A stretch of DNA of 32,000 nucleotides, taken from the NCBI GenBank assembly GCA_947627975.1, contig CANQYB010000011.1, forward strand, positions 3,762-35,761, in the 5' to 3' direction. A program made the translations under genes and the position numbers. Origin of the DNA: an uncultured Bacilli bacterium (GTDB taxonomy: Bacteria > Bacillota_I > Bacilli_A > RF39 > UBA660). Positions 9,046-19,088 of the stretch are shown here, one piece after another (position 1 is the stretch's first letter; every line of letters begins with the position of its first letter). The notes beneath the pieces were generated by a model that saw only the letters and a list, made by a program, of their open reading frames with translations, had not been told where the DNA came from and searched no databases.

Positions 9046-9125
9046 TTTTATCACGTCCTTACAATAATATTTTACTAAATATTAACTATAGTTTACAAGT
9101 ATTTCGATGCTATTCGACAATTATT

Positions 9126-10976
9126 TTACATTATTAACTTTCTTAATGCATCTAAAATTACAACCATAGCCCATGTATCTTGTTTGCAATATTCTACTAA
9201 ACCTTTATACTTTATATTATATTCTTCTTTAGAAAAATTATTATAATTAGCATATACTACAATTGCTTCTGTTCCATTTTTAACTTCTAAATTATCATAC
9301 GATAAATCACTGAAAACAGGAAGAGTTTTTTTTATAGAAAATGAACCACTTAAATTATTATTATAATAATTAATACGTGATGCTCTTTTTTCATCGAATC
9401 CAAGATCCATATATATTTTTTTATTGGTACTTACTAACCAAATAAGATCAAACCCTCTATTATAAATTTTCATTAGTTTTTCTTTATATTGTGGAAAAAT
9501 ATTTGCTAATTCTTTTATTCTCCCTTTTTCAAATGGAACATTTTGAGCAAGCAAAGTGCCTTTATTTGGATCTATATATTCTAATAATTTTTTTATTAAT
9601 TCTTCTCTTTCATCATTCATTGTTTTTGCTAAGAAGACATAATTATCTTTATCTTTGTCACAAACTCCAGGAGAGTGCTCTATATGTAATGAAAATTCAA
9701 ATGGTGATTGCATATATGGTTTTTCTCCTTTAAATCTTGGAAGTGGACATGGAAATGTTTCAAAATCTAAATGATATATAGGATATTCAATTGTATTAAT
9801 TAATGCTTTTATTTTTTCTTTATCAATAAATTCTTTATTAAAAATATAACAATCTCTTTGAATTTTATGATTTTCTTTTTCAATCCAACTTTCAGGAATA
9901 TCTAATAAATTTATATAGCCATCATTAATTAAATCAAGACCTTTTATTCTATCGCCATTTTCCATTTTAAATCCAAAGCCATTATTAATATAATTTAAAG
10001 AAGAATTTTTTAAAGGAATACAAGATGAACATATTCGTTTAAAAAATTTACATTCGCTTTTTTTCTTTCTTTCACAATAAGGTCCTAATTTATAAGAATC
10101 AATATTACTTTCCATAATATATTTTCTTAATTTTTTTTCATCTTCTTCAATATATTTTTGATATTCTTTTGTTACATTTGTCAAATCAATAAAAGTAATT
10201 AATTCATTTTTGTTATTATCTATTTTATAAATAGCTTTATCTTTTTCGTATGTGCCATCAAAAACATAATTATGATTTAAAATGGCTAAAAAATATTTTA
10301 TATTTGGAATTTTATTATGGCTTTCTTTATATTCATTTTCAATTATATACCTTTGAACTGCTAAATCATAAACATATTTTCCCGCCTCATGAAATCTATT
10401 AAATAAATTCATTTTATTTTGATTATATTTATCAATTGGCATATCAATATTATTCAATTCATCTTTTAAATAATAAATATTATTAATTTTGGTAAATATT
10501 GATTTTTTAACTCCTTTTATACTACACCCTAATTTTTCAAATTTAGATGATGTTGTTGCCTTAACTTCTATAATATTAATATTGTTTTTTGATTCATTAT
10601 AAATATCAATATAACATTTATATAAAATACCATCCTTACAAAAATCAAAACTTTCTTGATTTTTAGTATCTGTTGCATAAATTGAATTGCCTTTAAAATA
10701 TTTTTCAACAATTTTTCCAGCTTCTAATTCAACTTGCTTATAATATGGAAGCATAGCTTCAAGTTGAATGTCTAATTTGTCTATTAAATCAATTTCTTCA
10801 TTATCATTTATATCAATCATTTCACTATATAGTTCATTAATAATTTCCTCTTTTTCCTTTTTTTGATAATCACTATAAGAAATATCGGCTTCTAAATTTT
10901 CTTTTTTAACTTCTTCTAAACTAATATAACGTGGACATCGAGTATAATTTATAAAATCAGTTTTAGTAATTGCCAT
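9126..10976 (-). CDS. DUF2779-family protein (N-terminal PD-(D/E)xK-like nuclease module, C-terminal RNase-H-like DFET module)
   Basis: The N-terminus TKTDFINYTRCPRYISL and the later IYHLDFETFPCPLPRFKGEKPYMQSPFEFSLH are the DUF2779 signatures as I recall them. A central Cys cluster reads C-x8-C-x6-C-x2-C. Confidence 0.7.
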   Translation of the reverse strand: MAITKTDFINYTRCPRYISLEEVKKENLEADISYSDYQKKEKEEIINELYSEMIDINDNEEIDLIDKLDIQLEAMLPYYKQVELEAGKIVEKYFKGNSIYATDTKNQESFDFCKDGILYKCYIDIYNESKNNINIIEVKATTSSKFEKLGCSIKGVKKSIFTKINNIYYLKDELNNIDMPIDKYNQNKMNLFNRFHEAGKYVYDLAVQRYIIENEYKESHNKIPNIKYFLAILNHNYVFDGTYEKDKAIYKIDNNKNELITFIDLTNVTKEYQKYIEEDEKKLRKYIMESNIDSYKLGPYCERKKKSECKFFKRICSSCIPLKNSSLNYINNGFGFKMENGDRIKGLDLINDGYINLLDIPESWIEKENHKIQRDCYIFNKEFIDKEKIKALINTIEYPIYHLDFETFPCPLPRFKGEKPYMQSPFEFSLHIEHSPGVCDKDKDNYVFLAKTMNDEREELIKKLLEYIDPNKGTLLAQNVPFEKGRIKELANIFPQYKEKLMKIYNRGFDLIWLVSTNKKIYMDLGFDEKRASRINYYNNNLSGSFSIKKTLPVFSDLSYDNLEVKNGTEAIVVYANYNNFSKEEYNIKYKGLVEYCKQDTWAMVVILDALRKLIM

Positions 10977-11350
10977 TATTTTAACACTTCTACTTCTATA
11001 TTTTCAGTTTTAGGATTATATTCTAAATTTAACTCCAAATTATTTAAATATTTAGAATTATCACGAGGATCAATGTAATTACCATTTTTATCAACGTCTT
11101 TTAAACAACCAAAAGTAATTAAATCATTAACACTTACTTTCAAGCCAGTAACTGAATTTTTTACTTCATCTTTTTTAGACTCTCCATATTTTAAAGCACA
11201 TGTTTTTATTAATTTTAATTCATTTTCATAAGCAACCTTAGTTTTATCATCAAAAGCATAAGACATTCTATTGATGGCAAAAAAAGATATTACTCCTAAA
11301 AATAGTATTAAACAAACAAGTTCTATTTTTGTATAACCATTTTGATTCAT
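10976..11350 (-). CDS. Prepilin-type N-terminal cleavage/methylation domain protein (ComGC/pseudopilin-like)
   Basis: MNQNG|YTKIELVCLILFLGVISFF has a short leader, Gly at -1, Glu at +5 and a hydrophobic helix. The ATG at 11350 has an AGGTGA RBS 5 nt upstream. The stop overlaps the next gene's start (TAATG). Confidence 0.65.
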   Translation of the reverse strand: MNQNGYTKIELVCLILFLGVISFFAINRMSYAFDDKTKVAYENELKLIKTCALKYGESKKDEVKNSVTGLKVSVNDLITFGCLKDVDKNGNYIDPRDNSKYLNNLELNLEYNPKTENIEVEVLK

Positions 11351-11403
11351 AACTTTCACCTAAATAAATTATATCACTTATAAGAATTATTGTAAAATTC
11401 TTT

Positions 11404-11432
11404 AAAAAAAAATATCTTTAAAAGATATTTTT
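11404..11432 (-). terminator. Rho-independent (bidirectional-looking) terminator after the CotD-like gene
   Basis: A-run, ATATCT-TTAAA-AGATAT, then a T-run, directly after the TAA stop at 11433..11435. Confidence 0.55.
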
Positions 11433-11750
11433 TTAAAAACAACATTTATTGTCGTAAACATTACATACAACATTTTCTTCACAACAAGTAAAACAAGGAT
11501 CATATGAATGATGATATATGTGATGATTAACAATTCTTGTATTTACTGGACAAATGTGTCTAACTTGATGATTGATTTCTCTGTGGCATACTCTTTCTTG
11601 TGGACATTCATAAACTGGTGGACACATAACTCCAGGATAGCTTTCACAACATTGATTGTCTTTATTTTGATCCTTCATTTCGTGTTGATATGGTGTAGGT
11701 TGCCCTTGAAATGAATTTGATGGATCTATACAACGATAATTTTTAAACAT
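11433..11750 (-). CDS. cotD: Cys/His-rich CotD-family spore coat protein (putative)
   Basis: 105 aa, rich in Cys, His and Pro. The segment VRHICPVNTRIVNHHIYHHSY resembles the CotD (x)VHPxxxxVVNHxxxH repeat. AGGAAGGGAAG RBS. Confidence 0.5.
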   Translation of the reverse strand: MFKNYRCIDPSNSFQGQPTPYQHEMKDQNKDNQCCESYPGVMCPPVYECPQERVCHREINHQVRHICPVNTRIVNHHIYHHSYDPCFTCCEENVVCNVYDNKCCF

Positions 11751-11811
11751 TTTAAATCTTCCCTTCCTAATTTATATTATGTTAACCTTAATTTTCTGTT
11801 TGGGATATTTA

Positions 11812-11845
11812 CTTAAAAAAAAAGATAACATTAAGTTATCATTTT
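11812..11845 (-). terminator. Rho-independent terminator of the str operon (after tuf)
   Basis: The minus strand reads GATAAC-TTAAT-GTTATC followed by T9, starting 5 nt after the tuf stop. Confidence 0.65.
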
Positions 11846-11849
11846 TTTA

Positions 11850-13016
11850 TTATTCAATAATTTCTGTAACAGAACCTGCTCCAACAGTACGTCCACCCTC
11901 ACGAATTGAGAATTTAGTACCATTTTCTAAAGCAACATTGGAAATAAGTTCAACTGTCATATCTACATTATCACCAGGCATAACCATTTCAACTCCAGCA
12001 GGAAGTTCAATAACACCTGTAACATCTGTAGTTCTAAAATAAAATTGTGGTCTGTAATTTGAGAAGAATGGAGTATGACGTCCGCCTTCTTCTTTAGATA
12101 ATACATAAACTTTAGCTTTAAATTTATGATGTGGAGTAACACTTCCAGGTTTAGCAAGTACTTGTCCACGTTCTACTTGATCACGAGAAATTCCACGTAG
12201 TAATGCACCAGCATTATCTCCTGCTTCAGCATAATCCAATTGTTTTCTAAACATTTCAATACCAGTAACAACTGTTTTTTGTGTATCTCTTAAACCAACA
12301 ATTTCAACTTCATCATTAAGATTTAATCTACCACGTTCAACACGTCCAGTAACAACTGTTCCACGTCCTGAAATTGTAAATACATCTTCAATACTCATTA
12401 AGAATGGTTTGTCAGTATCTCTTTGTGGAGTATCAATATAACTATCAACAGCTGCCATTAAATCTTTAATAGATTGAACATCACTTTCATTACCTTCTAA
12501 TGCTTTTAATGCAGATCCTTTAATAATTGGACAATCAGCATCAAATTCATATTCACCAAGTAAATCTCTTATTTCCATTTCAACTAATTCTAATAATTCT
12601 GGATCATCAACTTGATCACACTTATTCATGTAAACAACAATTTTAGGTACTCCAACTTGACGAGCAAGTAAAATATGTTCACGAGTTTGAGGCATTGGAC
12701 CATCAGCGGCTGAAACAACTAAAATTGCTCCATCCATTTGTGCAGCACCAGTAATCATGTTTTTAACATAATCAGCATGTCCTGGGCAATCAACATGAGC
12801 ATAATGACGAGCTTCAGTTTCATATTCAACGTGAGCTGTATTAATTGTTATACCTCTTTCCCTTTCTTCTGGAGCACTGTCGATATCAGCATAATCAACA
12901 AATTTTCCAAAATATTTAGTAATTGCTGCAGTTAATGTTGTTTTACCATGGTCAACGTGACCAATAGTACCAATATTAACATGTGGCTTTGAACGATCAA
13001 ATTTTTCTCTTGCCAT
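11850..13016 (-). CDS. tuf: Elongation factor Tu
   Basis: Unambiguous: [22 protein letters not shown] and SALKALEG, full length 388 aa. Confidence 0.98.
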   Translation of the reverse strand: MAREKFDRSKPHVNIGTIGHVDHGKTTLTAAITKYFGKFVDYADIDSAPEERERGITINTAHVEYETEARHYAHVDCPGHADYVKNMITGAAQMDGAILVVSAADGPMPQTREHILLARQVGVPKIVVYMNKCDQVDDPELLELVEMEIRDLLGEYEFDADCPIIKGSALKALEGNESDVQSIKDLMAAVDSYIDTPQRDTDKPFLMSIEDVFTISGRGTVVTGRVERGRLNLNDEVEIVGLRDTQKTVVTGIEMFRKQLDYAEAGDNAGALLRGISRDQVERGQVLAKPGSVTPHHKFKAKVYVLSKEEGGRHTPFFSNYRPQFYFRTTDVTGVIELPAGVEMVMPGDNVDMTVELISNVALENGTKFSIREGGRTVGAGSVTEIIE

Positions 13017-13087
13017 AAATTTTTCCTCCTTAATTTCTAATACATATTTATTTTATCTAATGCTTGAATTTTTTTCAAGTATTATTT

Positions 13088-15163
13088 TTAATTAACGCTG
13101 TTTTTCTTTATAATTTCATCAGCGATAGATTTAGGAACTTCTTCATAATGATCTTTAAACATTTGGAAGTTTCCTCTACCTTGTGTATTGCTACGTAAAC
13201 TTGTTGCATAACCAAACATCTCTGAAAGTGGAACCATTGCAGATATTTGTAATGAATTTCCACGTGATTCTTGACCTAATGGTCGCCCACGACGTGAAGT
13301 TAAATCACCCATAACATTTCCCATATATTCCTCAGGAATTGTTACATCTACTTTCATTATTGGTTCTAACAATATTGGTTTACATTTATTTTTAGCTTCT
13401 TTAAGTGCAAGGGATGCAGCAACTTTGAAAGCCATTTCTGATGAGTCAACATCATGATATGATCCATCGAATAAAGTTGCTTTAACATCTACCATAGGAT
13501 AGCCTGCTAAAATACCACCTTGCATTGCTTCTTGTAATCCTTTATCAGTTACTGGAATATATTCTCTTGGAACAACACCACCAACAATAGCATCTACAAA
13601 CTCATATCCCTTATCAGGATTTGGTTCAAATTTTACCCAAACATGTCCATATTGACCACGTCCACCAGATTGTTTAATATATTTTCCTTCACAATCTGCT
13701 GTTTGAGTTATAGTTTCTCTATAAGCAACTTGAGGTCTACCAATATTAGCATCAACACCAAATTCATCTTTCATACGACGAACTAAAACTTCTAAGTGAA
13801 GTTCCCCCATACCACTAATAACTGTTTGACCTGTTTCAACATCAGTTCTATATTTAAATGTTGGATCTTCTTCAGCAAGTTTTTGTAAAGCTATTCCCAT
13901 TTTATCTTGATCAGCTTTTGATTTAGGTTCTATTGCCTCATCAATTACTGGTTCTGGGAATTCCATACCATTCATTATAACTGGATTTTTTTCATCACAT
14001 AAAGTATCGGCAGTTGTTGTATTTTTTAAGCCAACTAAAGCAGCAATTTCTCCAGTGTATACATCAGTAATTTCTTTTCTTTGATTAGCATGCATTTGTA
14101 AAATACGCCCAACACGTTCTTTGACATTTTTAGTACTATTTAATATATATGAACCACTAGTTAAATGTCCAGAATAAACTCTAAAGAATGCCAATCTACC
14201 AACAAATGGATCAGTCATTATTTTAAAGGCCATAGCCATAAATGGCTCATTATCACTTGGATGACGCTTTACAATATTTCCATTACTATCTGTACAATCA
14301 ATTGCTTCAACATCAGTAGGTGATGGCATGTAATCTATTACTGCATCAAGTGCAAGTTTAACACCAGTATTTGAAAGAGCACTTCCACATAATACTGGGA
14401 AAAATTCTGCAGCAAGAACACCTTTTCTAATTGCTCCTTTAATTTCATCAACAGTAAGTTCTTCGCCATTTAAATATTTTTCCATTAAAGCATCATCAAA
14501 TTCAACAGCCTTTTCAATAAGTTCAATTCTTTTTTCTTCAACAAGATTTACTAAATCAGCTGGAATATCAATTTCAGTATAATTTTCATGTTCATCAGTT
14601 CGATCAAAATGATATGCTTTTTTAGTTATTAAATCAACAATACCATTAAATTCTGACTCAGAACCAATAGGCCATTGAATAGGTGCATAATTGACACCCA
14701 ATCTTTTACCAATAGTATCTAAAGTAAATTTAAAATCAGCTCCAAGTTTATCCATCTTATTAACAAAAATCATTCTTGGTACTTTATATTCTGTTGCTTG
14801 ACGCCATACTGTTTCTGATTGTGGTTCAACACCAGCATTTCCGTCAAGTAAACAAATAGATCCATCTAATACTCTTAAACTTCTTTGTACTTCAACTGTA
14901 AAGTCTACATGTCCTGGAGTATCAATTATATTTAAACGATAGCCCTTCCAATGGGCAGTTGTTGCAGCTGATGTAATTGTAATACCACGTTCTTTTTCTT
15001 GATCCATCCAATCCATTTGTGATTCTCCATCATGAGTTTCACCAATTTTATGAGTTATACCTGTATGAAATAAAACCCTTTCAGTAAATGTTGTTTTTCC
15101 AGCATCAATATGGGCCATTATTCCAATATTTCTAATTTTATCTATACTAACGTCTCTTGCCAT
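13088..15163 (-). CDS. fusA: Elongation factor G
   Basis: Unambiguous: [21 protein letters not shown] and GELHLEV, 691 aa. Confidence 0.98.
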   Translation of the reverse strand: MARDVSIDKIRNIGIMAHIDAGKTTFTERVLFHTGITHKIGETHDGESQMDWMDQEKERGITITSAATTAHWKGYRLNIIDTPGHVDFTVEVQRSLRVLDGSICLLDGNAGVEPQSETVWRQATEYKVPRMIFVNKMDKLGADFKFTLDTIGKRLGVNYAPIQWPIGSESEFNGIVDLITKKAYHFDRTDEHENYTEIDIPADLVNLVEEKRIELIEKAVEFDDALMEKYLNGEELTVDEIKGAIRKGVLAAEFFPVLCGSALSNTGVKLALDAVIDYMPSPTDVEAIDCTDSNGNIVKRHPSDNEPFMAMAFKIMTDPFVGRLAFFRVYSGHLTSGSYILNSTKNVKERVGRILQMHANQRKEITDVYTGEIAALVGLKNTTTADTLCDEKNPVIMNGMEFPEPVIDEAIEPKSKADQDKMGIALQKLAEEDPTFKYRTDVETGQTVISGMGELHLEVLVRRMKDEFGVDANIGRPQVAYRETITQTADCEGKYIKQSGGRGQYGHVWVKFEPNPDKGYEFVDAIVGGVVPREYIPVTDKGLQEAMQGGILAGYPMVDVKATLFDGSYHDVDSSEMAFKVAASLALKEAKNKCKPILLEPIMKVDVTIPEEYMGNVMGDLTSRRGRPLGQESRGNSLQISAMVPLSEMFGYATSLRSNTQGRGNFQMFKDHYEEVPKSIADEIIKKNSVN

Positions 15164-15172
15164 AACATTCTC

Positions 15173-15640
15173 CTACCATCTATAATGAGCAAATGCCTTA
15201 TTAGCTTCTGCCATTTTATGAGTATCTTCACGTTTTTTAACGGCACCTCCAGTACCATCTGCAGCATCCATAATTTCATTAGCTAAATTAATAGCCATAC
15301 TTTTACCATTACGAAGTTTAGCATAATTTACTAGCCAACGTAAAGCTAAAGCTTGGCTACGAGATTCAGAAACTTCAATTGGTACTTGATAATTTGAACC
15401 ACCAACACGACGTGATTTAACTTCAAGTGCTGGTTTAATATTTTCTAAAGCTTTATTAAATACTTCTAATGGAGAAGTCTTTTTAGTTTTTTCAATTATT
15501 TCAAAAGCTTCATTTATTATTTTTTGAGCTGTACCCTTTTTACCATCAAGCATAACTTGATTAACAAGTTTTGTAACAATTTTAGAATTATATATAGGAT
15601 CTGGTAATACATCTCTTTTTTCTGCTCTTCTTTTACGCAT
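15173..15640 (-). CDS. rpsG: 30S ribosomal protein S7
   Basis: Canonical S7 sequence ending AFAHYRW. Confidence 0.97.
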   Translation of the reverse strand: MRKRRAEKRDVLPDPIYNSKIVTKLVNQVMLDGKKGTAQKIINEAFEIIEKTKKTSPLEVFNKALENIKPALEVKSRRVGGSNYQVPIEVSESRSQALALRWLVNYAKLRNGKSMAINLANEIMDAADGTGGAVKKREDTHKMAEANKAFAHYRW

Positions 15641-15666
15641 TTTTTTTCTCCTTTACTTAATTATTT

Positions 15667-16080
15667 TTATTTTTTTGGTTTTTTTGTACCATATTTACTA
15701 CGGCCTTTTTTTCGGTCTTGAACGCCAGCAGTATCTAGTGTTCCTCGAACAATATGATAACGTACACCAATTAAATCTTTAACACGTCCTCCACGAACAA
15801 GTACTACACTATGTTCTTGTAAATTGTGTCCCTCACCTGGAATATAAGAGTTAACTTCTTTACCATTAGATAAACGTACTCTAGCATATTTTCTAAGTGC
15901 TGAGTTTGGTTTTTTTGGTGTCATAGTTCCAACTCTTGTACATACTCCTCTTTTTTGAGGACTTGTTGTTTTAGTAGCTCTTTTAATTTGAGTATTAAAA
16001 CCAACATTTAAAACTGGGCTTTTACTCTTTTTAGTTTTTTTTGCTCTTTTGTGTTTTACTAATTGATTAATAGTTGTCAA
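15667..16080 (-). CDS. rpsL: 30S ribosomal protein S12 (TTG start)
   Basis: (M)[11 protein letters not shown]... is the S12 N-terminus. The TTG at 16080 has an AAGGAAG RBS upstream and gives the expected 137 aa. The track's extra 30 residues are leader read-through. Confidence 0.95.
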   Translation of the reverse strand: MTTINQLVKHKRAKKTKKSKSPVLNVGFNTQIKRATKTTSPQKRGVCTRVGTMTPKKPNSALRKYARVRLSNGKEVNSYIPGEGHNLQEHSVVLVRGGRVKDLIGVRYHIVRGTLDTAGVQDRKKGRSKYGTKKPKK

Positions 16081-16174
16081 TTTTATCTTCCTTTCTATAT
16101 ACACATTTCCTGGTGTATCGAAATAGTCTTTAAATAAAGCTCCACATATAATGGAACTAATCAAAAGCAAACAT

Positions 16175-16204
16175 AATATACCACTTTATTATATTTTATG
16201 TCAA
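16175..16204 (-). promoter_or_regulatory. Sigma-A promoter of the str operon
   Basis: The minus strand reads TTGACA-N18-TATATT with a TG at the extended -10 position (TGGTATATT), about 90 nt upstream of rpsL. Confidence 0.55.
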
Positions 16205-16215
16205 GTAAAATATTT

Positions 16216-17583
16216 TTATTCTTTAGATATTTTACTATTTATATTATCTATTAATTCCAAATATTCTTTTTTAATTTTTTCAAGTAATTTTTTTTCTTTA
16301 GCTTCAATTCTTAAAGTTATATTAGGTCCTGTATTTGAAGCTCTTAAACTTAACATATAATTATCATCTTCAATTCTTACACCATCAATATCTATAAAAT
16401 TAATACCATTATTTCGGCAATACTCACATATTTTATCAACTACTTTAAATTTAATATTATCAGGAATCTCAATTTTTATTTCTGGTGTATTTTTAAAAGG
16501 TATAATATCATCTAAATAATATGTTAATGGTTTTTTATTATTGGCTAGTATTTCAATTAATCGTAAAGATGAATATATTCCATCATCAATACCTAAATAT
16601 TTATCATTAAAGACAAGATGACCAGAATATTCACCACCAAAAAGAATTTTATCTTTATTTATTTTATTCTTAACAAAAGAAGCCCCTGTTTTATATAAAA
16701 TTGGATTTCCACCTAATTTTAATATTTCATTTTTTAAATTAAGTGAACATTTTACATCAAATAAAATATCTTTTTTAGATAGTTTACTTAAAATATTTTT
16801 AACAAAAATTATCATAAGTATATCAGCAGAAATATATTTTCCATTGTTTAAAACAACACCGACACGATCACCATCACCATCATAGGAAACACCTAAATCT
16901 GCTTTTTCTTTTATTACTTCTTTTTTTAACATCTCTAAATTTTCTTCAACAGAAGGATCAGGATGATGATTTGGAAAATTACCATCAGGAGTATCACAAA
17001 TTATTTTATAATTAATATTTAATTTACTAAATATCTTATCTGCAATTAAAGCAGTAGCACCATTTCCTGGATCAACAATTACTTTTAAATTATTATTTTC
17101 AATATGTAAATTATGAAGAATTTCCTTTATGTAATCTTTTTCTAAATTATAATATGTTATTTTACCTTTACCTTTTAAAAATTTTCCTTTATTTAAATAA
17201 TCATAATAAGTTTGTAACTCATCACCACATAAACTAATATTATCTTTCATAAAAAATTTAAAACCATTTTCATCTTTAGGATTATGTGATGCAGTAACCA
17301 TTAAAGAAGCTGTTTTAAAAAATAATGTTGCATAAGCACACATTGGCGTTGTGCATTCTCTAATTTCGATTACATCAATTGATGAATCACTTAGTCCTTT
17401 TAAAACATTATTATAAAGAGTATTAGAAGATAATCTAACATCTTTACCAATTATAACATTTTTATAATCTTGTTCCTTTAAAAAACTACCAAAAGAAAGT
17501 CCTACTTGATAAGCTACATCTTCATTAATTTCCTTAGGGTATTTTCCTCTAATATCATACTTTCTAAGAATATTTTGAATCAT
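16216..17583 (-). CDS. Phosphomannomutase/phosphoglucomutase (alpha-D-phosphohexomutase family)
   Basis: Active-site TASHNPKDENGFKF, metal loop YDGDGDRVGVV and sugar loop GGEYSGH. Confidence 0.85.
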   Translation of the reverse strand: MIQNILRKYDIRGKYPKEINEDVAYQVGLSFGSFLKEQDYKNVIIGKDVRLSSNTLYNNVLKGLSDSSIDVIEIRECTTPMCAYATLFFKTASLMVTASHNPKDENGFKFFMKDNISLCGDELQTYYDYLNKGKFLKGKGKITYYNLEKDYIKEILHNLHIENNNLKVIVDPGNGATALIADKIFSKLNINYKIICDTPDGNFPNHHPDPSVEENLEMLKKEVIKEKADLGVSYDGDGDRVGVVLNNGKYISADILMIIFVKNILSKLSKKDILFDVKCSLNLKNEILKLGGNPILYKTGASFVKNKINKDKILFGGEYSGHLVFNDKYLGIDDGIYSSLRLIEILANNKKPLTYYLDDIIPFKNTPEIKIEIPDNIKFKVVDKICEYCRNNGINFIDIDGVRIEDDNYMLSLRASNTGPNITLRIEAKEKKLLEKIKKEYLELIDNINSKISKE

Positions 17584-17612
17584 ATTATCACCATATTAAA
17601 TATATCATGTCT

Positions 17613-17645
17613 TTAAAAAAAGATAAAGTTAGTTTTTATCTTTTT
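17613..17645 (-). terminator. Rho-independent terminator closing the ATPase/VWA operon
   Basis: The minus strand reads AAAGATAAA-AACTAAC-TTTATCTTT followed by a T-run, 17 nt after the stop at 17662. Confidence 0.6.
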
Positions 17646-17661
17646 AGTTATCATCTAATTA

Positions 17662-19083
17662 TTATTTTTTTATACCTTTTGATTTTTCTTCATTTGTAAT
17701 ACAAAACAATTTATTTAATTGTTCTTCATTTATATAAATCACTTTGCCACCAGGAGGATTAATTTTTCTATTTCCAAAAACTATCCAAATTGCATTTATA
17801 ACTTTAGTAGGCATATCAGCACATCCATCCGTAAAAATAATTTTGTTTTCTACTCTATTAGAAAAAGCATTAATTGCCACATTAAAATCAGTACCACCTC
17901 GACCAACAAATTTCATTTTTTCAATATCGTTTTTATTTCGAATATCATTAAAACCATAAAATTTAGTGTCAAAACAGCCTACTTTAACTTTAGAACTTTT
18001 TAAAATATTTAAACATTCCATTAAAAAATTTCTTAATAAAATATCATTTATAGAGCCACTTGTATCTAGTAAAATTTCTGTTTCTGGCTCTGGAACATCT
18101 TCAATATAAGGACTAATTATTCCATCTTCTAAAGTAGGATTTTTAAATGACCAATCAATATCAATATTCACAGCTTCTTTTAGTAATCTTGTCCAATCAA
18201 TTAAGGGTTTTGATTTATCTATATTATTTATAGAAAAATATTCACTATTAGTTGTACTACCTGCTTTTGAAAATTGTTCTCTTAATGTTTTTTTTAATTC
18301 TTCCAAACGATCTTTTCTTTCTTTTCGCATTTTATCAAAAACATCTTTTTCTTTCATTTTTCCAAATTTTTCTATTTCTTCATTTATTTTTTCATCTTTT
18401 TCACTATTATCATTTTCCATTTGTTTTAATGCGTCTTTCCAAATTTTGTGCGTATTATTAGCATGTTCATTAGAAAATTTATTTCCCAGTTTTTTCTTGT
18501 CATTTTGATCATTAGAATTTTGAGATTGATTATTTTTTTGGTCATTTGAGTTATTATCTGAATTTTTAGAATTCTCATTTTCATTATCCGAATTTTGCAA
18601 TTGTGAACTACTTTGGTCACTCGATTCATCAGTAGAATTCTGAGAGTTTGAACTATTATCAGATTTTTGTTGATTTTGATCTTCTTGTTTTTCTTTCATA
18701 AGTTTATCGTAAATTTCTTCGGCACTAAACTTACTTGCTTCTGGCATATCAACAACTCCTGGAATAAATGGTAATCCATCTTTTTTTAGTTGAGCATTAA
18801 TAACTGCATCAGTAGCTATATTAAATAATTCATGTTCTTTTCCTTTGCTTCTTTTTATATGATCTAAAGCAATATGACTTATTTCATGTGCAAAACAAAA
18901 AGTTTGTTCATCTTCACTTAAATTATATAAAAATTCTGGATTATAATAAATTCTTTTCCCATCAGTACATAATGGAGCATCCCCTAGTTGATGTGGAATA
19001 AATTTTGTATTTGCTATAATATTACCAAAATCCTTATATTTTACTAATACTCTATTTATTATTTCTTTTTCAAGTGTATTCAT
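17662..19083 (-). CDS. HExxH metallopeptidase-like domain + low-complexity linker + VWA-like domain protein (DUF2201_N/DUF2201 architecture)
   Basis: AHEISH (HExxH) lies at 18874..18888 within CFAHEISHIALDH...NIATDAVIN. A Q/N/S/D-rich linker follows. The C-terminal VWA-like domain has the MIDAS-type ILLDTSGS (18052..18066) and GGTDF. I prefer the ATG at 19083 (AGGTGA RBS). An alternative GTG at 19092 overlaps the upstream stop. Confidence 0.8.
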   Translation of the reverse strand: MNTLEKEIINRVLVKYKDFGNIIANTKFIPHQLGDAPLCTDGKRIYYNPEFLYNLSEDEQTFCFAHEISHIALDHIKRSKGKEHELFNIATDAVINAQLKKDGLPFIPGVVDMPEASKFSAEEIYDKLMKEKQEDQNQQKSDNSSNSQNSTDESSDQSSSQLQNSDNENENSKNSDNNSNDQKNNQSQNSNDQNDKKKLGNKFSNEHANNTHKIWKDALKQMENDNSEKDEKINEEIEKFGKMKEKDVFDKMRKERKDRLEELKKTLREQFSKAGSTTNSEYFSINNIDKSKPLIDWTRLLKEAVNIDIDWSFKNPTLEDGIISPYIEDVPEPETEILLDTSGSINDILLRNFLMECLNILKSSKVKVGCFDTKFYGFNDIRNKNDIEKMKFVGRGGTDFNVAINAFSNRVENKIIFTDGCADMPTKVINAIWIVFGNRKINPPGGKVIYINEEQLNKLFCITNEEKSKGIKK

Positions 19084-19088
19084 GTGTA

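Noticed and set aside
3415-9733. Other short antisense ORFs: 3415..3642(+), 5707..5889(+) and 9491..9733(+). The same applies to 16151..16360(+), 23345..23590(+), 23532..23717(-), 27066..27284(+), 28198..28434(+) and 28621..28851(+)
   Set aside because: Each is embedded in or opposite a recognisable gene. None has a convincing RBS or a recognisable sequence.
11508-12935. Track ORFs 11508..11714(+), 11779..12042(+), 11963..12169(-) and 12738..12935(+)
   Set aside because: All lie antisense to, or out of frame within, the well-supported cotD-like and tuf genes. They have no RBS and junk-like composition, so I treat them as spurious.
11850-16080. Noticeably higher G+C in the str operon as a sign of horizontal transfer
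   Set aside because: These are the most conserved and highly expressed genes (tuf, fusA, rpsG, rpsL). The compositional shift is the usual effect of amino-acid conservation and codon bias.
16081-16170. ATG-started 167-aa version of rpsL
   Set aside because: The extra 30 residues are not S12-like. The TTG at 16080 with an AAGGAAG RBS gives the canonical TTINQL N-terminus and the normal length.
17719-18629. Track ORFs 17719..18003(+), 17744..17959(+), 18252..18461(+) and 18426..18629(-) inside the VWA gene
   Set aside because: They are shadow ORFs opposite or overlapping a long coding frame that has clear HExxH and MIDAS motifs. They are typical of AT-rich, low-complexity DNA.
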